Part shown: piece by piece, positions 33,321 to 42,486 of the stretch | How the letters are laid out: every line of letters starts with the position of its first letter | How positions within the stretch are numbered: the first letter of the stretch is position 1 | Assembly: GCA_963815115.1 (NCBI GenBank) | Contig: CAWFFN010000008.1 | Span: forward strand, 128,001-192,000 | DNA: 64,000 nt | DNA from: an uncultured delta proteobacterium | GTDB taxonomy: Bacteria; Desulfobacterota; Binatia; DP-6 | Reading direction: 5' to 3' | Position numbers and translations under genes: made by a program | The notes under the pieces: model-generated | Database searches by the model: none | The model's input: only the letters and a program-made list of their open reading frames with translations | What the model was told of the DNA's origin: nothing

Positions 33321-35270
33321 TCAGTGACACCGCAGGCGCGCCGCGTCGCCGTCGCAGCGGGGACGTGGCGCGCCAGGCGGGTTCCAGACCAGCGACGCGC
33401 ACTCGAGCGGCGCGCCGAGCACGACGGTCGTGCGCACCCCCGAGGCCTGCGGCAGCTCGATGCTTCCGCCCTTTCCCTTCACGGTGAAGCGCAGGAGCCC
33501 GTCCTCCCGGCTCGAGCGGTCCTGGACCACGGCCTTGGTGATCCCCGAGACGCTGCCGGTCCGGTCGGTGAACGTCCAGCGCGTGCGGGCGTCGTTCGCG
33601 CGCCAGCGCGAGTCGCCGGGCAGGCTGACGTCGAGTCCACCAGGCCCGCTCGCGGAGTCGATCACGATCCGCAGGCCGTGCGCGGACGGATCGATCGCCG
33701 TCCACGGCTTCGGGATCACCGCCTCACCCTTCAGCCGGAGCGCGAACGGCGTCGCGGCGAGCCGGAGCGACGCCTTGGCGATCGCGATCCCGCTGGCACA
33801 CGCCGCGGGGGTGTGGCACTGGCACCCCTCGCAGACCGTCCCGCCGACGCAGTCGGCGTCGCCTTCGCAGCGCTCGGCGCCGCAGACGAGGCCGTCGCCG
33901 CACACGAGGGGTCGCTGCGCGCAGACACACCCCGCACAGGTCGTGCACGGATCGCCGCACGCGAGACCCGGCTCGCCGCACTGCTCGCCGGGATCCGCAG
34001 TGCCGTCACCGCAGTGCGACAGCTGCAGCTCGTACGCGCCGACGTCGACACCGGCGCCGACCGGGCGCGGATTGCCGTCCAGGTCGGCCGACGGGGCGCC
34101 CGCACCGCTGCCTTTGTCGACGGCAGGGCTGCCGGGGAGCAGGTGGAAGTCCGTTCCCGGCGCGACGAACTCTTCCGCCGGCGTGGTGAGGAAGGAGTGC
34201 GCGTCGTAGCCGAGCCCCTGCCAGCCCGCGAGCCCGAGCACGTGGCTGCCCTGATCGACGCTGAAGCGCCCGATGACGGCATTGTAGTCCGAGACCAGCC
34301 CCGGGCGGCTCGAGGCGTCCACGGCGATCGCGCCGTGCGTGGGATGGAGGTTCAGGAGGATGTTGTTGCGCACCACGTTCCCGGTCGAGCCCGAGTTGAT
34401 GTTGACGCACCAGCGGCCGTCGGCGGCGTTCACGATCGTGTTGTTCACCACCTGGTTGCCGGTCGAGCCGGTGCTGGCGTCGATGCGGTAGAGGCTCACG
34501 CCGCTGGCGTGGTTGTCGTAGAGCAGGTTGTTGCGCACCACGCCGCCGACGCTGCCGTCCATGTTGATGCCCGACCCGCCGCCGGCCCCGTTGCCGTAGA
34601 TCACGTTGCCCTCGACCAGCGCGCCGTCGATCCGGCCGGTGCCGCCCTCGCTCAGGTCGCCGTTGAAGTGGAGGCCGTTGGCGTGGTTGTCGTGCACGAG
34701 GTTGTTGCGCACCACGGGACGCGCGCTGCTGTTGGAGACGTAGATGCCGTGCTCCGCCTGCGAGTCGTGCGCCTCGTTCCCCTCGGCGAGGAAGTCGTCG
34801 ACGAAGCCGGTCAGGATGCCCCAGCGGCCGTTGAACCCGAGCTTGCAGTTGCGCACCGTGACGAAGGACGCGGTCACCGCCCGCACGCCCGTGCGCGTGC
34901 GGCCGTCGACCACGAAGCCGTCGATGACGACGTGCGACGCGCCCTCGAGGTTGATGCCGTCCGGCGTGGTCGGGTTGTCGGCCGTGATGCGGGCGGCGGC
35001 TCCCTCGGCCCGGAAGGTGATCGGGGCGGCGGCCGTGCCGGAGATGGTCAGGTAGAAGCCCTGGTAGCTGCCGTCGAGCACGTGCACGGTGTCACCCGGC
35101 GCGACGCGGGAGGCGGCGTGCGGCAGCGTTGCCCACGCCGCCGCGACCGACGCACCGCTGGCGCCGTCGTCGCCGCCGTTCCTCACCCAGTAGTCGATCG
35201 CGAGCGCCCGCGTCCCGATGACCACGAGCGCTCCGGCGACGACGCACCGGCGCCACCAGGGGGTCGACAC
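33321..35270 (-). CDS. Secreted right-handed parallel beta-helix protein with Cys-rich (CGDG...EQC) repeats and a C-terminal beta domain
   Basis: GTG 35270 overlaps the sulfatase TAG; signal peptide; PGDTVHVLDGSY, EHGIYVSNS, Asn ladders, DFHLLPGSPAVD, DVGAYE, CGDGTADPGEQC. Confidence 0.85.
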   Translation of the reverse strand: MSTPWWRRCVVAGALVVIGTRALAIDYWVRNGGDDGASGASVAAAWATLPHAASRVAPGDTVHVLDGSYQGFYLTISGTAAAPITFRAEGAAARITADNPTTPDGINLEGASHVVIDGFVVDGRTRTGVRAVTASFVTVRNCKLGFNGRWGILTGFVDDFLAEGNEAHDSQAEHGIYVSNSSARPVVRNNLVHDNHANGLHFNGDLSEGGTGRIDGALVEGNVIYGNGAGGGSGINMDGSVGGVVRNNLLYDNHASGVSLYRIDASTGSTGNQVVNNTIVNAADGRWCVNINSGSTGNVVRNNILLNLHPTHGAIAVDASSRPGLVSDYNAVIGRFSVDQGSHVLGLAGWQGLGYDAHSFLTTPAEEFVAPGTDFHLLPGSPAVDKGSGAGAPSADLDGNPRPVGAGVDVGAYELQLSHCGDGTADPGEQCGEPGLACGDPCTTCAGCVCAQRPLVCGDGLVCGAERCEGDADCVGGTVCEGCQCHTPAACASGIAIAKASLRLAATPFALRLKGEAVIPKPWTAIDPSAHGLRIVIDSASGPGGLDVSLPGDSRWRANDARTRWTFTDRTGSVSGITKAVVQDRSSREDGLLRFTVKGKGGSIELPQASGVRTTVVLGAPLECASLVWNPPGAPRPRCDGDAARLRCH

Positions 35271-37189
35271 TAGGGCGTGAGGAACGCTCCCGACGGCGAC
35301 GCCGGCCACCCCGGTCGCAGCTCGCGCAGACGAGCCGCCAGCGTGGCGACCGTGCCTGCGTTTGCCGGGTCGGTGACCACGTTCGTCAGCTCGAAGGGAT
35401 CGAGCGACAGCTCGTACAGCTCCGCCTCGCCGGTCTGGTACTCGTTGTACTTCCACGGCGTGCCGCGGACCTCGGCGTAGGTCGGTATCGGGCCGTTCCA
35501 GTGCTCCTCGAGGAAGTCGCTGCGCCAGCTCGGGATCGTGCCGTCCAGCAGGCGAACCATGCTGAGCCCCTCCACCCCGGCATCCGGCGTCGCGCCCGCG
35601 AGCTCCGACAGCGTCTCCCCGTGGTCGATGTTGAGGCCGAAGCCGGCCTCGACGCGCGGCAGCGGAGCCAGCGGCTTGTAGCGGATGGCCAGCGGGACGC
35701 GCATGCACTCCTCGTACGGGCACTGCTTGGGCTCCCAGCGATGCGAGCCCCAGGAGTAGCCGTTGTCCGACGCGAAGATGATCATCGTGTCGTCGAGCTG
35801 ACCGATGTCCTGCAACGCCTGGATCAGGGCGGCGACGGCCTCGTCGACCGCCTGCAGGCTCTCGAGCTGCTTCCGGTCGAACGCGTCCTGGTTGGCCTGC
35901 TTGTTCGCGTTCCACGGCGCGATCGCCTGGACCCAGGCGGGCTTGTCGGACACGTCGGCCTCGTTGTAGTTCGGCGGCCGCCACGGCGGCACGCCCGAGA
36001 AGCTGCCGGCGTGGCGCGGCGCGGGCGTCGCGGGCGCGTGCGGCGCCTTGGGGGCGAAGTAGAGGAAGAACGGCTGTCCGGCCGGGGCGTCGTGAATGAA
36101 CTGGACGGCCCGGTCGCGCAGGACGTCGGTGGAATACTCGGCGTCGGTGCTGCCGAACGGCACCAGGACGCCGTTCTCCACCAGCGTGTAGTCGAAGTAG
36201 GCCACGTTCTTGAAGACGTGCCACTCGTCCCAGCCCGGTGCCTGGTACGGCGCGGCCGGCCCGTAGCCGTTCAGGTACTTGCCGTAGATGCCGGTGTGGT
36301 AGCCCGCGGCGTGGAGCCACACCGGCAGCGTGGAGCTGTCGTCGAACGCTCCGAAGCCGCCGTCCGCCCCGCCGTTGTCGTGCACGCCCGTCGTGTGCGC
36401 GTACTTGGCGGCCAGCAGGCTCGAGCGGCTCGGCGCGCACAGGTCGGTGGTGACGAAGCTGTTCTCGAAGCGCACGCCCTGGCCGACGATCTCGTTCATC
36501 ACGGTGGGCATCACCGGCGTGACCCCGTCCTTCGAGTGCGTCAGGTCGACGGTGTCGAAGCGCTGGTCGTCGGTGAGGATGAAGACGATGTTCGGCCGCA
36601 GCGGCGCGGCATTCGGCCCGACGCGGTCGACCCAGGTCTCGAGCAGGGTGACGAGCGCGTCCGGAAGCGCCGCCGTGTCGACGGGGCTGCCGGGACCGGG
36701 CACCGCCGCGTCGAGCTGCGGTCCGACGTCGGGCACGATGACCCCGCTCGGATCCTGCGCCACGCTCACCACGCACTTGCGCGGGATCTTGTCGATCGAG
36801 CGCCGCGCCTTGAGCTCCGCTTCCGCGGGCGACAGCCCCTGGACGAGGGAGCGGAGCTTCTTGCCGACGAAGTCGACGACCCCCTTGCTGATCTGCTTCT
36901 GACAGGTGATCTGGTCGCGCACGCCGCTGCGGTCGACGGCCGCCGCGGCGGGATTGTTGGCGCCCCAGGCGAGCGCGATCGCGTCTGCCACCAGCGTGCC
37001 CGAGCACGCCGGCGGTGCGCTCGTCTTGCAGGTGATCGCCGGCCCCTTGCGCAGCTTCTTGTAGTTGCAGCTCGCCGCCTGCTTGGCGCTCTTCTGCACC
37101 GCGCTGGCGTCGCTCTTGGTGGTGCATTGCGCGCCGGCGAGCGCCGGCACGACGACCACGCCGAGGAGGACGATCGATGCGCTTCGCAT
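35270..37189 (-). CDS. Secreted formylglycine-dependent sulfatase with a Cys-rich N-terminal extension
   Basis: PNIVFILTDDQ, CAPSR (CxPxR), GKYLN, KAPH, SDNG. Confidence 0.92.
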   Translation of the reverse strand: MRSASIVLLGVVVVPALAGAQCTTKSDASAVQKSAKQAASCNYKKLRKGPAITCKTSAPPACSGTLVADAIALAWGANNPAAAAVDRSGVRDQITCQKQISKGVVDFVGKKLRSLVQGLSPAEAELKARRSIDKIPRKCVVSVAQDPSGVIVPDVGPQLDAAVPGPGSPVDTAALPDALVTLLETWVDRVGPNAAPLRPNIVFILTDDQRFDTVDLTHSKDGVTPVMPTVMNEIVGQGVRFENSFVTTDLCAPSRSSLLAAKYAHTTGVHDNGGADGGFGAFDDSSTLPVWLHAAGYHTGIYGKYLNGYGPAAPYQAPGWDEWHVFKNVAYFDYTLVENGVLVPFGSTDAEYSTDVLRDRAVQFIHDAPAGQPFFLYFAPKAPHAPATPAPRHAGSFSGVPPWRPPNYNEADVSDKPAWVQAIAPWNANKQANQDAFDRKQLESLQAVDEAVAALIQALQDIGQLDDTMIIFASDNGYSWGSHRWEPKQCPYEECMRVPLAIRYKPLAPLPRVEAGFGLNIDHGETLSELAGATPDAGVEGLSMVRLLDGTIPSWRSDFLEEHWNGPIPTYAEVRGTPWKYNEYQTGEAELYELSLDPFELTNVVTDPANAGTVATLAARLRELRPGWPASPSGAFLTP

Positions 37190-37280
37190 CGCTTCTGGTA
37201 GGCGCGGAGTCCGTCCGCTGTCAAGGGAAGAAATCATCGCCGCGTTGCAAACGGCTCGACTTCGCCTCATATCGACGCCC

Positions 37281-38516
37281 ATGTTCCTCGCTCCTGGCCA
37301 GGCCGCGGAGGTCCGCGAGCGCTTCGGCACCCCGTGCTACGTCTACGACCGGCGGACGCTCGAGAGCGCGGCGCGCACCGCCCTCGCCTTCCCGGCCCCG
37401 TTCGGCTTCACCCTGCGCTACGCGATGAAGGCCAACCCGAACGCCGCCATCCTGCGCATCTTCCGCGCCTTCGGGCTGCACCTCGACGCGTCGAGCGACC
37501 ACGAGGTGGAGCGCGCGCTGCGCGTCGGCGTGCCGGGCGGCACCATCCAGCTCACCTCGCAGATGCCGTCGCGCCGGCTGGAGGAATTCGTGGCGCGCGG
37601 CGTGCGCTACAACGCCTGCTCGCTGCACCAGCTCGAGCGCTTCGGCCAGGCGTTCCCGGGCCGCGACGTGACCATCCGCGTCAACCCGGGCCTGGGCAGC
37701 GGCTCGACCAACCGGACCAACACCGGCGGCCCGGGCTCCAGCTTCGGCATCTGGCACGAGGCCCTGGACGAGGCCAAGGCCGCTGCCGCCCGCCACGGTC
37801 TCCGGGTGAGCGGGCTGCACACCCACATCGGCTCCGGCACCGATCCGGCGGTGTGGAAGCGCGTGGCACGCATGAGCCTCGACATCGCGGCGCGCCTGCC
37901 GGACGTCGCCACGCTCAACCTCGGCGGCGGCTTCAAGGTGGCGCGCGTCGCCGAGGAGCGCTCCACCGACCTGGCGGACATCGGTACGCACGTCCGCCAG
38001 GAGCTGCTCGAGTTCCGCGATCGCAGCGGCCGGACGCTCCACCTGGAGATCGAGCCCGGCACGTATCTCGTCGCCAACGCCGGCTGCATCGTCGCCACCT
38101 GCATCGACGTCGCCGATACCGGCGCGGAGGGCTACCGCTTCGCGAAGCTCGATACCGGCATGACGGAGGTCACGCGCCCCTCGCTGTACGGCGCGCAGCA
38201 TCCGATCGACGTGCTCGCCGAGCGCGAGAGCGCCCGGGTCGTCTTCGTCGGACCGTGCTGCGAGTCGGGAGACGTGCTCACCCCGGCGCCCGGCGACCCG
38301 GAGGCGCTGGCGCCACGGCTGGTGCCGCGCCCGGCGATCGGTGACCTCGTCCTGATCGGCGGCGCCGGCGCCTACTGCGCCGCCATGTCCACCATCAACT
38401 ACAACTCGTACCCCCAGGCTCCCGAGGTGATGCGCGAGCTCGACGGCTCGCTGCGGCTCGTGCGGCGCCGCCAGACGCTCGAGCAGCTGCTCGCCAGCGA
38501 GGTGGTCGACGATTAG
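37281..38516 (+). CDS. lysA: Diaminopimelate decarboxylase
   Basis: FGTPCYVYD, YAMKAN (PLP Lys), HTHIGSG, NLGGG, EPG, GPCCESGD, GAY...NYNS. Confidence 0.9.
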   Translation: MFLAPGQAAEVRERFGTPCYVYDRRTLESAARTALAFPAPFGFTLRYAMKANPNAAILRIFRAFGLHLDASSDHEVERALRVGVPGGTIQLTSQMPSRRLEEFVARGVRYNACSLHQLERFGQAFPGRDVTIRVNPGLGSGSTNRTNTGGPGSSFGIWHEALDEAKAAAARHGLRVSGLHTHIGSGTDPAVWKRVARMSLDIAARLPDVATLNLGGGFKVARVAEERSTDLADIGTHVRQELLEFRDRSGRTLHLEIEPGTYLVANAGCIVATCIDVADTGAEGYRFAKLDTGMTEVTRPSLYGAQHPIDVLAERESARVVFVGPCCESGDVLTPAPGDPEALAPRLVPRPAIGDLVLIGGAGAYCAAMSTINYNSYPQAPEVMRELDGSLRLVRRRQTLEQLLASEVVDD

Positions 38517-38520
38517 CAGC

Positions 38521-38892
38521 TCCCGGCACGCTCCGGCCCGCCGGGGCAGCTTTGCGGCGCGCACCGGGACCGCCACGACGGCCTCGGGACGGGTCCGGCG
38601 GGCGACGGCGCGTGCACTCTGCGCCGGCCATTTCCCGGGCGATCCGCTGCTCCCCGGGGCCGCCCTCGTGGCCCTCATGGCCGAGCTCGGTGCGACGCTC
38701 GGCGGCCCGCGTGCCCGGCTGGTGGCGGTCGAGCGCAGCGTCTTCCGCCGTCGCGTCGGTCCCCATGCCGGCATCGTCGTCAGTGCCCGCCGGGTGCGGG
38801 CCGTGAAGAGGGGATTCAGCGTCCACGCCACCGTGACGGGCAGGACCGACGTCGCGGCGTGGGCGATCCTGCGCTTCGAGGATGCGCGGTGA
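38521..38892 (+). CDS. FabA/FabZ-like hotdog dehydratase subunit (ApeI-like); start codon not identifiable
   Basis: The reading frame contains CAGHFPGDPLLPG upstream of the first GTG/ATG; stop overlaps the next gene (GTGA). Confidence 0.6.
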   Translation, partial: SRHAPARRGSFAARTGTATTASGRVRRATARALCAGHFPGDPLLPGAALVALMAELGATLGGPRARLVAVERSVFRRRVGPHAGIVVSARRVRAVKRGFSVHATVTGRTDVAAWAILRFEDAR

Positions 38893-39281
38893 CGCTTCCG
38901 GCGCCCGGCGTCATGCTGAGACACCGGCCGCCGGCCCTGCTCCTGGGGACGGTCGACGCCCTCGTGGACCGCACGCTGGCCTGCACGGGGATCGACGCGG
39001 GGCGCTGGCCGTGGCCTCGCCTCCTGGAAGGCACCGCGCAGACGGCCGGACTGCTCGCGGGGCTTCAGCCCGGGGGCCCGGGCCGCGATGCGGTGATCGC
39101 CGAGTACCGCGACGTCTCTCTCGGCGTCGAGCGCCATCGCGGGCGCGTCCGCTTCGAGGCACGCCTCGAGCGCCGGCTGGCGCACTTCTGGCGCTGTCGC
39201 TGCGAGGCCCTCGCGGCCGACGGCCGCGTCCTGCTCGCGTCCCGGGTCACCCTGGCCCGCGCGCCGCAGCGCGAGGCGTGA
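38889..39281 (+). CDS. Hotdog-fold dehydratase subunit (ApeP-like)
   Basis: RHRPPALLLG (compare PHRxPxLLxD), LLEGTAQTAG. Confidence 0.7.
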   Translation: MTLPAPGVMLRHRPPALLLGTVDALVDRTLACTGIDAGRWPWPRLLEGTAQTAGLLAGLQPGGPGRDAVIAEYRDVSLGVERHRGRVRFEARLERRLAHFWRCRCEALAADGRVLLASRVTLARAPQREA

Positions 39282-39283
39282 GC

Positions 39284-40456
39284 ATGGCCTCGTTCGCCGT
39301 CGAGCCGCTCGACCCGCGCGCCTACGAGCGCCTCGCGGCCGCGGGTCTGGCGCCGGATCCCTTCAACCCGGCGCAGCATCGCAGCTGCGAGCTGGTGGAG
39401 CGCTACGCCGTCGACACGGCGCTCGACCTGTGCAGCCGGCTGGGCGTCCTCGAGCTGCTCCACGCGCCGCGCTCCGTCCAGGCGCTGTGCGCGGCGCGCG
39501 GCTTCCTGCCGGCCTTCGAGCGACCGCTGCGCTGGCTGCTCGAGCGTCTCGTGGCGGCGGACGTGCTCGCGCGCGCCGGTACGAGCTACGAGCTCTCCGG
39601 ACCACCCCGGGAGCCGGCGCTCGCGGCGCTGCGCGCGGAGGCGCTGGCGGACGACCCGTCGTATGCGCCCGCCTACGACCTGCTCGACGCCGTGGCGGCG
39701 CTCTACCCCGGCGTCGCCCGGGGCGAGGTGCAGGCCGAGCGCGCGCTGTTCCTCCGCGCCCGTCTCTGGGCGGCCTACTTCGACAACGCGAACGGGTACT
39801 ACGCGCTGAGCAATCGGGTGGCCGCGCGCGCGGCGGCGGTCCGGCTCGGCAGCGGCGGCCAGGTGCTCGAGGTCGGCTCGGGCCTCGGCAGCGCCACGGA
39901 CGCGCTCCTCGCCGAGCTGCGGGCACGCGGCGCGCTCGGGCTGGTGACCGCCTTTCGTGCGACCGAGCCAGCGCTCTTCTTCCGCCGGCGCGCCCAACGG
40001 ACGCTCGAGCAGTCGTGGCCCGACGTCGCGCTCACCTTCGATGCCCTCGACGTCAACCGGCCGTGGGCGGCGCAGGGCGTCGAGCCGGGAACGTATGCGC
40101 TCGTCTGGGGCGTCAACGTGTTCCATCTCGCCCGTCACCTCGACGACGCGCTCCGCGAAGCCCGCGCCGCGCTCGTCCCTGGCGGCTGGCTCGTCGTCGG
40201 CGAGGGCATGCGACCCGGGCCCGGCGTCCCGGTCGGCGCCGAGCTGCCCTTCCAGCTCCTGGACAGCTTTCACGACGTCGTGCTCGATCCCGCCCTGCGA
40301 CCGACGTCGGGGTTCCTCACTGCCGAGCTGTGGCAGGATGCGCTCCGGCGCGCGGGCTTCGACGACGTCGCGCTCTTCCCCGACGTGATCGAGCTGCGCG
40401 AGAGCTATCCCGGATTCGTCGCGGCGGCGGCCTGCGGCCGGCGCCCGCGGCGCTGA
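39284..40456 (+). CDS. Standalone class I SAM methyltransferase resembling PKS C-methyltransferase domains
   Basis: VLEVGSGLGSAT, LDVNRPWAAQG, YALVWGVNVFH, LVPGGWLVVGE, FLTAELWQDALRRAGF, plus a helical N-terminal subdomain. Confidence 0.82.
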   Translation: MASFAVEPLDPRAYERLAAAGLAPDPFNPAQHRSCELVERYAVDTALDLCSRLGVLELLHAPRSVQALCAARGFLPAFERPLRWLLERLVAADVLARAGTSYELSGPPREPALAALRAEALADDPSYAPAYDLLDAVAALYPGVARGEVQAERALFLRARLWAAYFDNANGYYALSNRVAARAAAVRLGSGGQVLEVGSGLGSATDALLAELRARGALGLVTAFRATEPALFFRRRAQRTLEQSWPDVALTFDALDVNRPWAAQGVEPGTYALVWGVNVFHLARHLDDALREARAALVPGGWLVVGEGMRPGPGVPVGAELPFQLLDSFHDVVLDPALRPTSGFLTAELWQDALRRAGFDDVALFPDVIELRESYPGFVAAAACGRRPRR

Positions 40457-40510
40457 CGCGGAACCTGCCGATTCCTTGAATCCGCCGCGAGAGGTCTGTA
40501 CACGCCCGCC

Positions 40511-41266
40511 GTGCGTGCCTCCCGACACCGCGCCGCTGGATGGCTGGCAGCCGTCGTCGTCCTGCTTGGCTGCGGCTCGACCTCGACGACGAAGCCCGGT
40601 GCCCCGGCGGGCATGGTCTACATCCCGCCTGGCGAGTTTCTCATGGGCAGCGCCGCGGACGATCCGGCGGTCTACGACTGGGAGCGGCCGCACGAGCAGC
40701 CGCAGCACCCCGTCTGGGTCGACGGCTTCTACATCGACGACCACGAGGTCACCAACGCCGACTTCGAGCGCGTCACGCCCACCCACCCGCGCAGCAAGCT
40801 GTCGCCCTGCGACGACTGCCCGGTGACCGACGTGTCGTGGTGGGCGGCGGAGTCGTACTGCGCGAGGCAGACGCCTGCCCGGCGGCTGCCCACCGAGGCC
40901 GAATGGGAGAAGGCAGCGAAGGGCGGCCTCCCGGCGTGGGAGCCCGAACCCTTCGAGGAGTACGTGTGGGACGCCAAGAACACGATCAGCCGGGCGCAGC
41001 CCGTGGCGACCAGGAAGGCGAACCCGTACGGGCTCCACGACATGCTCGGGAACGTGCGCGAGTGGACCGCCGACTGGTACGGGCCGGACTACTACCAGCA
41101 GCGGGAATACACGAACCCGAAGGGACCGCCCGGGGGCATACGTCGGGTGGAGCGCGGAGGAGCGTTCTTCCTGCCCAGGCGCGGCGTGACCACGACGATC
41201 CGCTACAACCATCCACCCCACTTCACGCTGTACTTCCTGGGCTTCCGCTGTGCGATGACGCCGTAG
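40511..41266 (+). CDS. SUMF1/EgtB/PvdO (FGE-sulfatase fold) lipoprotein
   Basis: LLGC lipobox, IPPGEFLMGS, EVTN, RLPTEAEWEKAA, NPYGLHDMLGNVREW, GFRC. Confidence 0.9.
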   Translation: MRASRHRAAGWLAAVVVLLGCGSTSTTKPGAPAGMVYIPPGEFLMGSAADDPAVYDWERPHEQPQHPVWVDGFYIDDHEVTNADFERVTPTHPRSKLSPCDDCPVTDVSWWAAESYCARQTPARRLPTEAEWEKAAKGGLPAWEPEPFEEYVWDAKNTISRAQPVATRKANPYGLHDMLGNVREWTADWYGPDYYQQREYTNPKGPPGGIRRVERGGAFFLPRRGVTTTIRYNHPPHFTLYFLGFRCAMTP

Positions 41267-41273
41267 CGCTCGA

Positions 41274-42083
41274 TCAGGCGGGCGGCCCACCTGCGAGCGC
41301 CCGGACGACGGCGAGCGCGTCGCACAGCGCCCGCACGTCGTGCGTGCGCACGTAGTCGGCTCCCTGCGCGGCCGCCCACAGCTCGGCAGCGAGGGTCGCC
41401 GGCGCGCGCCCGCTGACGTCGCGACCCGTGACCGCGCCGAGGAACGATTTGCGCGAGACCGAGATCCACACCGGCCGGCGGAAGCGCGCCTTCAGCTCTC
41501 CGAGTGCGCGCAAGACCACCAGAGAAGCCTCCGGGTCGCCGCCGAGGAAATAGCCCATGCCGGGGTCGAGGACGACGCGCTCCAGGGACACCCCCGTCGA
41601 CTCGAGCGCGGCCAGCCGCGCGGCAAAGAAGTCCCCGATCCGCTCGACGAGCCCGCGCGGGTCGACGGGGTCACGGGTCGCGGTCGGCGCGCGCTGGACG
41701 GAGTGCATCACCACCAGGCGGCAATGAGCCGGCGCCAGGTCCGGGTAGATGGCGGGGTCGGGAAATCCGCGGATGTCGTTCAGGTAGGCGACGCCGCGCG
41801 CGAGCGCGTAGCGCTGCGTCTCGACCTGCCAGGAATCCACCGACACGGCCACGCCGCGGGGGAGGAGCGCGTCGAGGACGGGCTCGAGCCGACGGATCTC
41901 CTCGGCCGAGCTGACGGGAGCGGCGTCCGGGTTGCTGGCCGCGGGACCGACGTCGACCACCGCGGCCCCGTCCGTGACCAGACGCAGGGCATGGGCGACG
42001 GCCTCCTCGGTCTCGCCGAATCGGCCACCGTCCGAGAACGAGTCCGGGGTGAGGTTGACGATGCCGACGACCTGCGGATGCAT
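41274..42083 (-). CDS. folP: Dihydropteroate synthase of the Sul1/Sul2-like clade
   Basis: GIVNLTPDSFSDGG, GPAASNPDAAPVS, YALARGVAYLNDIRGFPD, LVVMHSVQ, LDPGMGYFLG, SVSRKSFL, ADYVRTH; 269 aa. Confidence 0.92.
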   Translation of the reverse strand: MHPQVVGIVNLTPDSFSDGGRFGETEEAVAHALRLVTDGAAVVDVGPAASNPDAAPVSSAEEIRRLEPVLDALLPRGVAVSVDSWQVETQRYALARGVAYLNDIRGFPDPAIYPDLAPAHCRLVVMHSVQRAPTATRDPVDPRGLVERIGDFFAARLAALESTGVSLERVVLDPGMGYFLGGDPEASLVVLRALGELKARFRRPVWISVSRKSFLGAVTGRDVSGRAPATLAAELWAAAQGADYVRTHDVRALCDALAVVRALAGGPPA

Positions 42084-42486
42084 GGCCCGCGTCAGCGACG
42101 CGGATCCATCGTGTACCACACGCAGGAGATTCGGCGGAGGCGCCGGCCAGGGTCGCGGGGGAGGGACCGACCAGCGCCTCCGCACGGGGATCTGACTGCC
42201 ATCCATGGGCTGTCAGCGCGGCGGAGGTGCTCGTTCTCGGATTCGCAATGATCGCTTGCCCATCTCTTCTCCGCTCTCCGCGCTGCCACGAGACGGCGTA
42301 CGTGACCACATGCAGCGCGCGTGCCGGACCGCTACGTCGGACCCCATCGCCGCGCGAGTCACGCATCCTCGCGGCTTTTCCCCGTTTGCGGCGCGTGCCC
42401 CGGGGCGGCGGCTCCGCCGGCGGCGGGGCACCCTGCCCTGGCCTGGGGCGGAATGCCGCGCCCCGCACCGCGTCAGACGGCGCGAT

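Noticed and set aside
33321-37127. The 1268 aa ORF as a single protein
   Set aside because: The N-terminal half is an off-frame overlap of the sulfatase; the real gene starts at GTG 35270 with a signal peptide.
40511-41266. Formylglycine-generating enzyme maturing the nearby sulfatase
   Set aside because: It lacks the catalytic Cys pair after RGG (reads RGGAFFLPRRG) and is a lipoprotein, so it has the FGE fold only.
41274-42480. Mobile sul cassette (integron or ISCR)
   Set aside because: No integrase, attC site, transposase or compositional anomaly is seen nearby.
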